A stretch of DNA of 64,000 nucleotides, from the IMG/VR virus record IMGVR_UViG_3300032323_001292, one strand, 5' to 3'. The stretch is from an uncultured virus (IMG/VR IMGVR_UViG_3300032323_001292). Its lineage: Duplodnaviria > Heunggongvirae > Uroviricota > Caudoviricetes. Shown piece after piece: positions 10,339 through 20,800 of this stretch (position 1 is its first letter; the number at the start of each line of letters is the position of its first letter). The position numbers and the translations under genes are program-made. The notes below the pieces were generated by a model that had not been told where the DNA came from, searched no databases, and worked only from the letters and a program-made list of their open reading frames with translations.

Positions 10339-10674
10339 ATGGCTGTTGCATATAAAGTCCTAGGTCAAGTTACATCTACAGGAACAATTTCAACTTACGA
10401 CACTATTGGTGCTCAGGTAGGTGCTGGTAAATCTTGGTTAGTTTCTACAATTTCTATTTGTAATCAAACTGCTTCTGCAGTAACTTATCGTCTTGCAGTA
10501 ACTTCAGCACTTGCTCCAGCAACGTCAGAGTTTATTGTTTTTGGTTCAACTGTTCCAGCAAACGATACAGTTACATTAACTCTTGGTATTACTATGGAAG
10601 CTGGGAAATATTTAAGATGTTCTTCATCTTCTTCTAGCGTTTCATTTTCCGCATTCGGCACAGAAATCTCATAA
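10339..10674 (+). CDS. Small beta-rich virion protein (fibre adaptor?)
   Basis: 111 aa abutting the collagen gene. Confidence 0.65.
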   Translation: MAVAYKVLGQVTSTGTISTYDTIGAQVGAGKSWLVSTISICNQTASAVTYRLAVTSALAPATSEFIVFGSTVPANDTVTLTLGITMEAGKYLRCSSSSSSVSFSAFGTEIS

Positions 10675-10677
10675 CAC

Positions 10678-11622
10678 ATGGCAGTAAGAAGAGCGCAAGC
10701 ATCTATCTTATCTGGTGTTAATTCAGCAGCTAATGGTTTAATTTTAGATTCAGGTTACGCACGTACTAGTGCTGGTTACATTCCAACTTCAACATCTTCT
10801 GTAACTGCTTACACAACATCTCAAACTTGGACAAGACCAAATAATGTTCATTGGATTGATATTGCTTTAGTTGGTGGTGGGGGTTCTTCTGCTCAAACAG
10901 TAGGCGGTACTAGACGTGGCGGCGGCGGCGGTGGTGGCGCTGTAATTCAAGTTAATCAATTTTATGTAGGAGATTACGATACTTGGTTTATAATTATAGC
11001 TGGTAATAGCGCACTTGCTACTTATGGAAATAGTGACTGTAATGGTAACTCTTTTGGTAAATCTGGAAATCCAACTATTTTTTCTCCTATTTCTTCTTCT
11101 TATGCAATAACAAGTTTAAGTGGCGCTGATAATTCAAATTTAAGAAGAACACTAATAGCACCTGGTGGTGGAGGCGGTGGCCATCCATGTGGTTCTTCTG
11201 GAGCATTTTCTTTAGCAACTGCTGGAGGAACTGGTTCAAATAACAATCAGACTACACACTGGACTATTCCTGGTGGATTTGGTGAAACCTTTGTTGGTAA
11301 AAAAGCATGGCAAGGTTACGGCGGAGTTGGTGGTATATCCGGAGACGTTAACGCAGCTGGTGGTGGTGGTGGTGGAAGTGGGTCTTCTGCAAGTGGTTCA
11401 ATAGCAGGTACTGGAAGAACTTTAACTTCTCCATTTTCAGGTTGTTATGGTGGAGGCGGAGCTGGTGGAAGTGGTACTTCAGGAGGTTGCGGTGGGGGTG
11501 GTTCTGGAGGCGCTGGAACAAATGGAACTGGTGGAGGTGGTGGAGCCGGTGGTGGAGCGTTTACTGGTAGTTTAACTGGCGGCACTGGTCGTATAGAAAT
11601 TAGGCAGTGGTTTTCATCATGA
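10678..11622 (+). CDS. Glycine-rich fibre/receptor-binding protein
   Basis: TWTRP..V..IDIALVGGGG...GGTGRIEIR glycine-rich domain pattern of phage fibre tips. Confidence 0.7.
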   Translation: MAVRRAQASILSGVNSAANGLILDSGYARTSAGYIPTSTSSVTAYTTSQTWTRPNNVHWIDIALVGGGGSSAQTVGGTRRGGGGGGGAVIQVNQFYVGDYDTWFIIIAGNSALATYGNSDCNGNSFGKSGNPTIFSPISSSYAITSLSGADNSNLRRTLIAPGGGGGGHPCGSSGAFSLATAGGTGSNNNQTTHWTIPGGFGETFVGKKAWQGYGGVGGISGDVNAAGGGGGGSGSSASGSIAGTGRTLTSPFSGCYGGGGAGGSGTSGGCGGGGSGGAGTNGTGGGGGAGGGAFTGSLTGGTGRIEIRQWFSS

Positions 11623-12545
11623 GCATACGGCGTGCAAGTACTTCATATTTACATTCTTTAGATAATCCACTATCTTTTGGTACGCAAAAAAGAAAGTATT
11701 CAAATGTAACTGCAGGATTAAGTAGAGCACAATTTTTTATTAGTAGTTCAACTTGGGCAAGGCCAACTAATGTTAATTATATAGATATTGTTTTAGTTGG
11801 TGGCGGCGGAGGAGGGGGACAAAATAACTTTGGCGGAGGTGGCGGTGGAGGTGTTATTACTTACATAAAAAAGTTTTATGTAGGTAATGCAAATACTTGG
11901 TACTATCAACTTGGTTTTGGTGGAGATGCTGGTGGAACTAACTCAGGAGTTGGAATATCCGATACTAATTCTTGGGGAGAAGCTGGTGGCCCAACTATGT
12001 TTGGTACTAACTCATCTATATCTTCTTTTACATACTCTTCTCTTAATCCCATAAATGACCCAACAATTTTAATTTCTCCGGGAGGAGGAGGCGGTGGTCC
12101 GGGAGGTAATCTAGGATACTTTGCTGGAACTGGAGGAGGTTCTGGTAATGGGGCTAGTGGTTCATGGGGCAGAATAAGTAACGATGAATTTTGGACAACT
12201 GGACATGGTTTTAATGGAGGCGCTGGTAGCGGTTCTTCCGGAGGTGGTGGAGGCAGTAGTACAACAGCAGGCTCAGCAGGTTCTGGTAATACTGGTGGTA
12301 ATGGAGCAGATGGTCCAAATTTATTAGCACCACTTCCTGCGACATTTGTTAATTCAGCATCTCAAACAATTACCACAAGATTTGGTGGCGGCGGCGGCGG
12401 AGCTGGAGCGTCTGTTAACGGAACTGGTGGGGTTGGTGGTGGGGGAAACGGCGGTTCTAATGGAACTGCAAACACTGGCGGAGGCGGAGGCGGAGGCGGT
12501 AACGGCGGCTCTGGATTAATAATTATTTGGGAGCACACATCATGA
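11619..12545 (+). CDS. Glycine-rich fibre/receptor-binding protein (paralogue)
   Basis: TWARP..V..IDIVLVGGGG...GGSGLIIIW; ATGA overlap gives start 11619. Confidence 0.7.
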   Translation: MSIRRASTSYLHSLDNPLSFGTQKRKYSNVTAGLSRAQFFISSSTWARPTNVNYIDIVLVGGGGGGGQNNFGGGGGGGVITYIKKFYVGNANTWYYQLGFGGDAGGTNSGVGISDTNSWGEAGGPTMFGTNSSISSFTYSSLNPINDPTILISPGGGGGGPGGNLGYFAGTGGGSGNGASGSWGRISNDEFWTTGHGFNGGAGSGSSGGGGGSSTTAGSAGSGNTGGNGADGPNLLAPLPATFVNSASQTITTRFGGGGGGAGASVNGTGGVGGGGNGGSNGTANTGGGGGGGGNGGSGLIIIWEHTS

Positions 12546-12823
12546 TTAGAAATTTTGCAGCAATAAATGAAGAAAATAAAGTTACTTCAGTAATTGCAGG
12601 AGAAACGTTAGAAGCAATACAATCAATGTTTCCTGATGTAAAATGGGTAGAGACTTACGCTAATTTAGAAGGTAAAACATTAGCCGGGGTTGGATTTAAA
12701 TATAATGAAGCAGAAGATGATTTTATAGGTCCTAAATACATAATTGATTGGGATGCGCATGAATCCTGTAACTGCAACGAAGTATTAAATCATCTTATAT
12801 TAGACACGAATTGGGATAAATAA
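12542..12823 (+). CDS. Small protein after glycine-rich fibres (possible fibre chaperone)
   Basis: NFAAINEENKV...AGVGFKYN..DDFI; ATGA overlap. Confidence 0.55.
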   Translation: MIRNFAAINEENKVTSVIAGETLEAIQSMFPDVKWVETYANLEGKTLAGVGFKYNEAEDDFIGPKYIIDWDAHESCNCNEVLNHLILDTNWDK

Positions 12824-15768
12824 TGCCATTTGGATTTCCTTTAACTCCTTCCATAGGCCAGACGTATTCAGCGGCTGGTCGTACTTGGATTTGGAATGGA
12901 ACCGCTTGGGATTCTTTAGGTACTGCTCAAGGTCTAACAGGTACTCAAGGTTCACAAGGTGACCCAGGCGCACAAGGTGCTCAAGGTTTATTAGGCTTTC
13001 AAGGAATAGATGGTCTTGCTGGCGCAGCAGGGCTTCAGGGTATTCAAGGTTTTCAAGGTCCAAATGCTGCTATAAGTTTTGGTGCAACTCCTCCACCTTC
13101 TCCACTTATTGGTGACCGCTGGGTTGATTCTAATTCAGGAATTGAATATACCTGGATTGATGATGGAACTAACCAAACATGGGTAGAAGTTAGTGCATCT
13201 GGTTTTGCAGGAACACAAGGTATTACTGGTGCACAAGGCTTTCAAGGTATTCAAGGTTCCGATGCAAATATGCAAGGAACTCAAGGTATACAAGGTATAC
13301 AAGGCAGCGGTGTACAAGGTATACAAGGTGTTGCGGGAACTGCGCAAGGTATTCAAGGTCCACAAGGTTCTAATGCATTAATTACTTTTGATGTTGTCCC
13401 ACCAGTGTCTCCATCAGTTGGAGATAGATGGATTGATTCTAATTCTGGAATTGAATATACATATGTAGACGATACTACAAATCAAACTTGGGTTGAAACT
13501 TCTGCTTCAGGATTCTCAGGTGTACAAGGTTTGCAAGGTATACAAGGTATACAAGGTTCAGATGCAACAATGCAAGGTACACAAGGAACAATCGGTGCAC
13601 AAGGCGCAACTGGTACGGGCGGTTTAGATGGTGCACAAGGTTTAACAGGTTTTCAAGGCACACAAGGTTTACAAGGTTTTAATGCAGGAATAAATTTTGG
13701 TTCAACACCACCAGTATCACCTTTACTTGGAGATAGATGGGTAGATTCAAATACAGGAATTGAATATACATTTATTGATGACGGTACAAATCAAACTTGG
13801 GTAGAAACTTCTGCTTCAGGTTTTTCTGGTGTACAAGGTATTCAAGGACCAACAGGTGCAGGATTACAAGGTGCACAAGGCATACAAGGCGCAGGAACTT
13901 ACACAATATCTCCAACTCCACCACTATCACCATCAGTTGGTGATACTTGGTTAAATGAAGATGACGGAACTATTTCTGTATGGAATGGTTTTGAATGGTT
14001 CGAGTCCAACACAAACTTATCTGGTTTGCAAGGTATTCAAGGATTGCAAGGATTATTTGGTTGGCAAGGAACTCAAGGCTCTAATGGTCCGCAGGGTATT
14101 CAAGGTGTACAGGGATTACAAGGTAACCAAGGTGTGCAAGGTTTAGGAATTCAAGGTTTACAAGGTAATGCCGGAACTGCTCAGGGTACGCAAGGTATTC
14201 AAGGCGACCAAGGTGTGCAAGGTATTCAAGGTTTATCAATTCAAGGTACTGCTGGATTGTTTGCTGGTCAAGGAGCAAACGGTACTCAAGGTTCAACAGG
14301 TTCTCAAGGAACTCAAGGTTCACAAGGATTTGGTTTACAAGGACCTCAAGGTCTTAATGGAACTCAAGGTATTTCAGGATTATCTGGATTGAATCAAACT
14401 AACTTTTATGATGTTGTAAGAGACTATGCAGTAGTTTCTGGAGAAGCAGATTCATCATCAAAAATACAATTAGCTTTAGATGATGCTAGAGATGCTGGTG
14501 GTGGAACTGTGTATATTCCATCTGGTTTATATAACTTACAAAATAGATTAGAGATTTATACAGGAACTACTCTTTTACTATCTCAAAAAGCTGTTATGTT
14601 TAGAGAACACAACACCAATATGATTATTAATGGAGACGGTGGAGGTTCTTATACCGGATACGATGGGCAAGCAAATATAAAGATTATTGGCGGTATTTGG
14701 GAAAATAGAGCAACAGCATTCCCAACTACACCTGCTATGTGTATAAGCATTGGTCATGGTCAAAACATTATTATTCAAGACTTAACTGTTACTAACGTTG
14801 GTGGATACCACGCTATAGAAGTTAACTCTAGTAAAAACGTAAGAATAACTAACTGTAGATTCTTAGGTTATTTAGATACTGGAGGGCGCGGTTATTCAGA
14901 AGCAATTCAAATAGATTTAGCTAAAAGTTCTGCAGTTTTTGGTGCGTTTGGTATTTATGACGACACCCCTTGTGAAGATGTAGTAATTGATAATTGTTAT
15001 TTTGGAGCTTCTGGAACATCTGGAACTACAGCCTGGCCTACAGGTATTGGAACTCATTCTTACACAGCCGGCTATTACCATACCAACGTCAAGATGGTTA
15101 ATAATCAGTTTGATGGATTAACAGAATATGCAATTAGAACTTTTGTAATGTACAAGAATTTAATCATTGCTAACAACACAATTAACTCTTGCTATGGAGG
15201 AATTGCAATAGGACTTGATGGTGGGGCGGACGATACTACAACTACTCAAACAGTTCCTCAACAAAGTCAAAATATAACTATTAGTAATAACATTATTCTT
15301 AATACAAATGGAACTAACGCTATTGCTCTTTGGAACGTAGATGGAGCAGTTGTTACAAATAATCAAATACAAAATGTGACAAGGACTGGTTCTAATCTAG
15401 GAGATGGAATCCTATTTGTTACTGTTGTTGATGGGGTTATTGCTAATAACAGAATTGAAGACACTTCTCAAGATTGCATAGATGTTAGAACAAATTCTTC
15501 TGCCGTAATGGTTGCAAACAACATAACTAAAGACCCAAGCCAAGTTACAACCAACGCTCATAACCATATCTACTTTAGTGATTCAGTAACTAATAGCTCT
15601 ATAATTGCTAATAGAGGATTTAAACAAGGTTCTAATATAGCTTTATCAGGTATTTTAATAACTGGTACATGTAGCGGTATGAGAGCTTTTGGTAACCACT
15701 ATGGCTCAGCAGCAACTACTGCATTTTCAGACGCTAGCAGTGCCGTAACAACAACTACAAACGCATAG
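12823..15768 (+). CDS. Collagen-like fibre with C-terminal pectate-lyase-like parallel beta-helix (tailspike/depolymerase)
   Basis: G-x-Q runs plus three GDRW modules, then VRDYA..DSSSKIQLALD..GGGTVYIPSGLY and I.NN.I beta-helix repeats. Confidence 0.85.
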   Translation: MPFGFPLTPSIGQTYSAAGRTWIWNGTAWDSLGTAQGLTGTQGSQGDPGAQGAQGLLGFQGIDGLAGAAGLQGIQGFQGPNAAISFGATPPPSPLIGDRWVDSNSGIEYTWIDDGTNQTWVEVSASGFAGTQGITGAQGFQGIQGSDANMQGTQGIQGIQGSGVQGIQGVAGTAQGIQGPQGSNALITFDVVPPVSPSVGDRWIDSNSGIEYTYVDDTTNQTWVETSASGFSGVQGLQGIQGIQGSDATMQGTQGTIGAQGATGTGGLDGAQGLTGFQGTQGLQGFNAGINFGSTPPVSPLLGDRWVDSNTGIEYTFIDDGTNQTWVETSASGFSGVQGIQGPTGAGLQGAQGIQGAGTYTISPTPPLSPSVGDTWLNEDDGTISVWNGFEWFESNTNLSGLQGIQGLQGLFGWQGTQGSNGPQGIQGVQGLQGNQGVQGLGIQGLQGNAGTAQGTQGIQGDQGVQGIQGLSIQGTAGLFAGQGANGTQGSTGSQGTQGSQGFGLQGPQGLNGTQGISGLSGLNQTNFYDVVRDYAVVSGEADSSSKIQLALDDARDAGGGTVYIPSGLYNLQNRLEIYTGTTLLLSQKAVMFREHNTNMIINGDGGGSYTGYDGQANIKIIGGIWENRATAFPTTPAMCISIGHGQNIIIQDLTVTNVGGYHAIEVNSSKNVRITNCRFLGYLDTGGRGYSEAIQIDLAKSSAVFGAFGIYDDTPCEDVVIDNCYFGASGTSGTTAWPTGIGTHSYTAGYYHTNVKMVNNQFDGLTEYAIRTFVMYKNLIIANNTINSCYGGIAIGLDGGADDTTTTQTVPQQSQNITISNNIILNTNGTNAIALWNVDGAVVTNNQIQNVTRTGSNLGDGILFVTVVDGVIANNRIEDTSQDCIDVRTNSSAVMVANNITKDPSQVTTNAHNHIYFSDSVTNSSIIANRGFKQGSNIALSGILITGTCSGMRAFGNHYGSAATTAFSDASSAVTTTTNA

Positions 15769-15779
15769 GAAGGTGAGCC

Positions 15780-17126
15780 GTGGCAATTGATTTCCCCAAT
15801 ACCCCGTTTTTAAATCAAACTTATACATACTCCGGGCGCACCTGGTACTGGAATGGCGTTTCTTGGAGAGCAGTTGGTACTGCACAAGGTGTTACAGGCT
15901 TTCAAGGTATTCAAGGATTGCAAGGTCCACAAGGTTTACAAGGTATTCAAGGTGATTTAGGTATTGGTGTTCAAGGTATTCAAGGTAACCAAGGACCAAA
16001 CGCTGCTATTACATTTGACCCAAATCCTCCAGTAAGTCCTTTATTAGGAGACCGTTGGGTAGATTCAAACTCTGGTATTGAATACACATATTTATTTGAT
16101 GGAACAAATTACTCATGGGTAGAAGTATCTGCATCTGGTTTTGCTGGAGTTCAAGGTTTAACTGGAATTCAAGGTTCACAAGGAATTCAAGGTTTGCAAG
16201 GTTTAGATGGTGCGTTTGCTGGACAAGGTGTACAGGGAACACAAGGTAATTTAGGTAACCAAGGTATTCAAGGCTCTAACGCGATAATGCAAGGTACACA
16301 AGGGCCACAAGGTCTATTAGGTTTTCAAGGAATTGCTAATCAAGGTGTTCAAGGAACTCAAGGTTTTATTGGATTACAAGGTTTTAATACTACAATAAAT
16401 GTAAATTCTCCTATAACTAACTCAGGAACTACAACTGCTGCTGTGGTTGGTATAAATGCAGCTACAACAAGTGTGGTAGGAGCTGTTCAGTTAGAAGATT
16501 CTGTATCAAGCACAAGTGTTGTTAAAGCAGCTACTCCTAATTCAGTAAGAACTGCTTATGTTTTAGGTTCTGGATTTTTAGCTAATTATCAAACAAAAGT
16601 TGGGCAATCATCTTCTGCTATTGATGTGCCAGATAGATATAACGTTCTTCATTCTTACAATGGTTACTCAGGTTATATAACTTTTTCTTTTTTTACTCCA
16701 TTAGAAACAATGACAATATCCCAAATAACTATGGGTAACTCAAGCATCCCCGCTGCTTCTTGTACTTCAGCAAGAATGGGACTTTATACATTTGATGGCA
16801 CTACAGCTACTTTAGTAGCTCGTACAGCAAATGACACAACTTTATTTAACAGTCTTTATACATCTTATACACGTTCATTATCAACAACAGGTGGTTATCC
16901 AGCTACTTACACATTAACAGCTGGAACTAGATATGCTTTTGCTTACATTGTCGTTGCAGCTACTATGCCTACTATTTATAACGCGCCTCTTGGAGACAAC
17001 AACGCTGGTGTAATTGGGGCTTTAAGTCCTCGTATAAGCGGCGTAAGAACAGGACAAACTGATTTACTAGCAAGTACAACAATAAACGGTCCTTCGGACC
17101 AAGTCCCATGGTTTAGAGGTTCATAA
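15780..17126 (+). CDS. Collagen-like fibre with tail-fibre repeat and C-terminal beta domain
   Basis: G-x-Q runs, one GDRW module, ATTSVVGAVQLEDSVSSTSVVKAATPNSV tail-fibre repeat. Confidence 0.8.
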   Translation: MAIDFPNTPFLNQTYTYSGRTWYWNGVSWRAVGTAQGVTGFQGIQGLQGPQGLQGIQGDLGIGVQGIQGNQGPNAAITFDPNPPVSPLLGDRWVDSNSGIEYTYLFDGTNYSWVEVSASGFAGVQGLTGIQGSQGIQGLQGLDGAFAGQGVQGTQGNLGNQGIQGSNAIMQGTQGPQGLLGFQGIANQGVQGTQGFIGLQGFNTTINVNSPITNSGTTTAAVVGINAATTSVVGAVQLEDSVSSTSVVKAATPNSVRTAYVLGSGFLANYQTKVGQSSSAIDVPDRYNVLHSYNGYSGYITFSFFTPLETMTISQITMGNSSIPAASCTSARMGLYTFDGTTATLVARTANDTTLFNSLYTSYTRSLSTTGGYPATYTLTAGTRYAFAYIVVAATMPTIYNAPLGDNNAGVIGALSPRISGVRTGQTDLLASTTINGPSDQVPWFRGS

Positions 17127-17251
17127 TGGCTACAGAAGTAAAATTAGTTGATTTAGGGGTTATTGACGGCTTGAGAGTTACAGAAGTCAGGGACGCTAAA
17201 ACCAATGAGGTTATTGGTTATAACAAAACTGATGAAACTCCAAGAGAATAA
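17126..17251 (+). CDS. Small hypothetical protein (41 aa)
   Basis: TAATG-coupled ORF MATEVKLVDLGVIDGLRVTEVRDAKTNEVIGYNKTDETPRE*. Confidence 0.55.
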   Translation: MATEVKLVDLGVIDGLRVTEVRDAKTNEVIGYNKTDETPRE

Positions 17252-17314
17252 CACAATAATTCTTTAAATAAACTCGTATACTTAAAACTAACATCTAGAA
17301 GAAGAGTGCTCTAA

Positions 17315-17821
17315 ATGCCAATTGATTTTCCCAATACGCCGACCCCGGGTCAGGTATATACATTTGGAAGTCGTACCTGGACATGGACAGGCTATGGCTG
17401 GCAAGCAACAACTACAACTCTAGGACCTCAAGGCCTTCAAGGATTACAAGGTGTACAAGGTGTAGCAGGCGCAGTATCTGAAATACAAATCTTAGATTCA
17501 TTAGACAACCAGTTTGATGGTTCAGAAACAAGGTTTTTGTTAACCTATAATGGAGACCCTATTACGGTTAGCAATTCATATAGACTCTTGGTAAGCTTGA
17601 ATGGTATAGTTCAAATTGTCAAGAACTCGTTTGTGACATGGGACAACCCAATGGCACCAACGAATGGAATTAGAGTAGATGACGACGGTTATCTGGTGTT
17701 TTTAACGCCTCCTGCAGCAGGTACTCTTTTTGAAGGAAGAGTTTTAGTGGGCCCTACTACTACTACTTTAACAACGACTTATCCGTTCGCGGCGGCGGAT
17801 TTATTGATGGGAGCTTTTTAG
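17315..17821 (+). CDS. Short fibre/adaptor protein
   Basis: N-terminal MPIDFPNTP module, short G-x-Q run, ends DLLMGAF. Confidence 0.7.
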   Translation: MPIDFPNTPTPGQVYTFGSRTWTWTGYGWQATTTTLGPQGLQGLQGVQGVAGAVSEIQILDSLDNQFDGSETRFLLTYNGDPITVSNSYRLLVSLNGIVQIVKNSFVTWDNPMAPTNGIRVDDDGYLVFLTPPAAGTLFEGRVLVGPTTTTLTTTYPFAAADLLMGAF

Positions 17822-17824
17822 CAC

Positions 17825-20800
17825 ATGGCAAGAAAAACATTAACCGAAGGTGGTTACTTTTTAACCCCTTCCACAAGAACTTTTGTAATTCAAAATAAAA
17901 TTGTTCCTCAAGAACGTCTTGTTTTAATCACTAATGATAGAACTAACCAAGTCGTTTACAACTTTTCTGACCCTTCATTAAGAGCAACTTCTTACTCTTT
18001 CTTTGGAACCGGTCAATTAACTACACAAATTACTGGTGCTGCTACAACAGGTACAGCAATAACATTCACTGCAGCAAACACATTTACACCTGGACAAATT
18101 ATAACAATTACAGGTGCAGTACCAAACTCATTTAACTTAACTGGTGTAACAGTAACTGCTGCAACACCAACAACATTTACAGTTGCGTCTACAGTAACTG
18201 GTACATTTGTTCAAGGCGGTCAAGTCGCTGTTAATGAAAATACAGTAATTGTTCTTAATTACAACACAGGTTCAATGCTTTCAACAGATAAGTTCCAAAT
18301 TGTTATTGATGAATTTAACGAAAGAATAAATCCATCAGAAGAACTTACTGACCCAGTAGGAAAATTACGTGTTTCTGAAGCACAATCTCTTATTGATACC
18401 GATTTTGAATACGGTACACAAGCATCTAAATGGGAAACAATTAGCACAACTAACTTGCGTCCTTATGCTGCACACCAACTATTTAACCAATTGCCTATTT
18501 CAGATATACAAACAAGCACTGCTGGTACTAAGACAATTACAGTTACTCAAACAACCACAACAGTAGCAACTACTGCAACTGGTGTTCAAGGTAACGGTAC
18601 TTACATGTACTACACAACAGCTTCTGCCCATAACATTAACCCAGGTCAATATGTAACTATTACTGGTGTAACTGCTTCTGGATATAACACTACATCTGGT
18701 ATCCCAGCATTAGTTCTTGCAGTTCCTTCTGCAACAACATTCGTTATTGCTGGTTCTACAACTGGTCAATCAACAGGTGCTGGAACTGTAACAATTAACG
18801 TTGCTCCTCCAATTGGAACTCCAGTATTAATTTCTGATACTTATAACTTAGGTGCAAACGGTAACTATCAAGTTACAGGTAGAGCATCTGAAACTTCATG
18901 GTCTTACGTTGCAAGAGGCTCAACACCAACAGGATGGGCATCTCAAACAATTTTTGATGCAAACAAGACTGTTGTAATAAGTGGACCTCTATTTAAAGAT
19001 GCGTTCTTAATTGGTGCATCTGCTTTTACAAACTCAGGTCAAATCGTAACTGTTACAACTTCAACCCCACACGGGTTGTCAGTTGGTAACGAAATTGCAG
19101 TACACGGCTCAACTGCTTCAACAAACGCTCCTAACGGAAACTATGCTGTAACCGCTGTAAACAGCCCAACAGTATTTCAATACGTTGCTGACGCAACTCC
19201 AACAGGAACAATCTCACACAACCCATTAACAACTACTGCAACCGCTTCTATAGGTTCCTCATATCTAACATGTGCTTCTGTAGCAAACGTATTAATTGGT
19301 ATGCCTGTTGCTGGTGCTGGTATTCCTTCAGGAACTGTGGTAACTGGTGTACAGGGAACAGTGGTTTCAATTTCACAAACAACAACTGCAGCCTTGTCAA
19401 CTACGACAATTAACTTCTTTACAGCTATCTATGCTCGTTCTCAAGGTCAAGTAATCCACCGTGCATTTGATGGTGGAGTTCTTTTCTCTTCAAACGCAGG
19501 AAGCAATAACGTATCTTTGGTTCGCCAAACACGCCGTTACTTCCGTTACCAATCAGGTAAAGGTATCCAAGTATCTTCAGGAACTATCTTAAAACCTACA
19601 ATCAGCCTTGATTCGCTAACAGTTTCTGGCGCACTTGTAGCCGCAAAAACTAAAGAGCGTCATAATTTACAACCTGGTTATATCGTTAATATCTCTGGTG
19701 CTAACGAAAACGGTTATAACGGAAACTTTACAGTAGTTGGTGTGACTGGTCTAGACACATTTACATACGCTCCAACTGCAACACCTGCAGTATCGCCTGC
19801 AACAGGTAACGCAACTATGGCAGTTGATACCTGGGCTGGCGCATCTGCTCGTTTAGGTATTTTTGACCAACAAAATGGTATGTTCTTTGAATATGACGGA
19901 CAAGTACTATATGCAGTTCGTCGTAGCTCAACATTCCAAATTGCAGGTCGTGTATCTGTAACTAACAACTCAAGTACTGTATCTCAATTCAATGCTGCTC
20001 AAACACCTACATTGTTTACAAAACAATTAGTGCCTGGAGACTTTATTGTTATCCGTGGTCAGTCATACAGAATTGATAACATTGCATCTGATACTTCTAT
20101 GACAATCACACCTCCATACCGTGGTTCAACTGCTAACAACGTAGTTGTTTCAAAGACAGTCGATGTTAGAACACCACAGTCTGCATGGAACTTAGACAAA
20201 GTTGATGGAACAGGTCAATCTGGTTACAGACTAGACCTAACCAAAATGCAAATGTTCTACCTTGACTATTCATGGTACGGCGCAGGCTCAATTCGTTGGG
20301 GATTCCGTGGACCAAGAGGCGAAGTAATTTACTGCCACAAAGTTCAAAATAACAACGTTAATACATCTGCTTACATGCGCTCTGGTAACTTACCAGCTCG
20401 TTATGAAACAGTTGCTCAACCTGCAACTACTCAAACAACTGCAACAGTTGGCTCTGCCGATACTACAATTACCGTTGCTGATACAACTGGTTTCTACCGT
20501 CCAACAAGTGCAACAACAACTTGTACTGGTTCAAATGGTTTGCCAACTATCGTGGTTGCATCAACAACTGGTATTACAGTAGGTATGTTTGTTAACGTAT
20601 CTAACGTAACTGCTGGAACTGTAGTAACTGCAATTAGCGGTACAACACTTACATTGTCTGCAAACAACACAGGTGCTGTATCTGGTTCAGTTACATTTAG
20701 CGCTTACCCAGGAAATGCAACAATTAGAAACGGTTCAACTACTGAAATTGTTACATACACAGGTTTAACTTCAAACACATTAACCGGTGTAACTCGTGCA

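Noticed and set aside
9349..16142. Repeated ~135-nt modules as CRISPR array or DGR template/variable repeats
   Set aside because: All are in-frame coding, differences look largely synonymous rather than adenine-specific, there is no repeat-spacer periodicity, and no reverse transcriptase is in the window
8435..16242. Many alternate-frame and minus-strand ORFs in the collagen genes (LVNL/VYKV repeats)
   Set aside because: Shadows of the CAA GGT NNN periodicity; no RBS and fully nested in real genes
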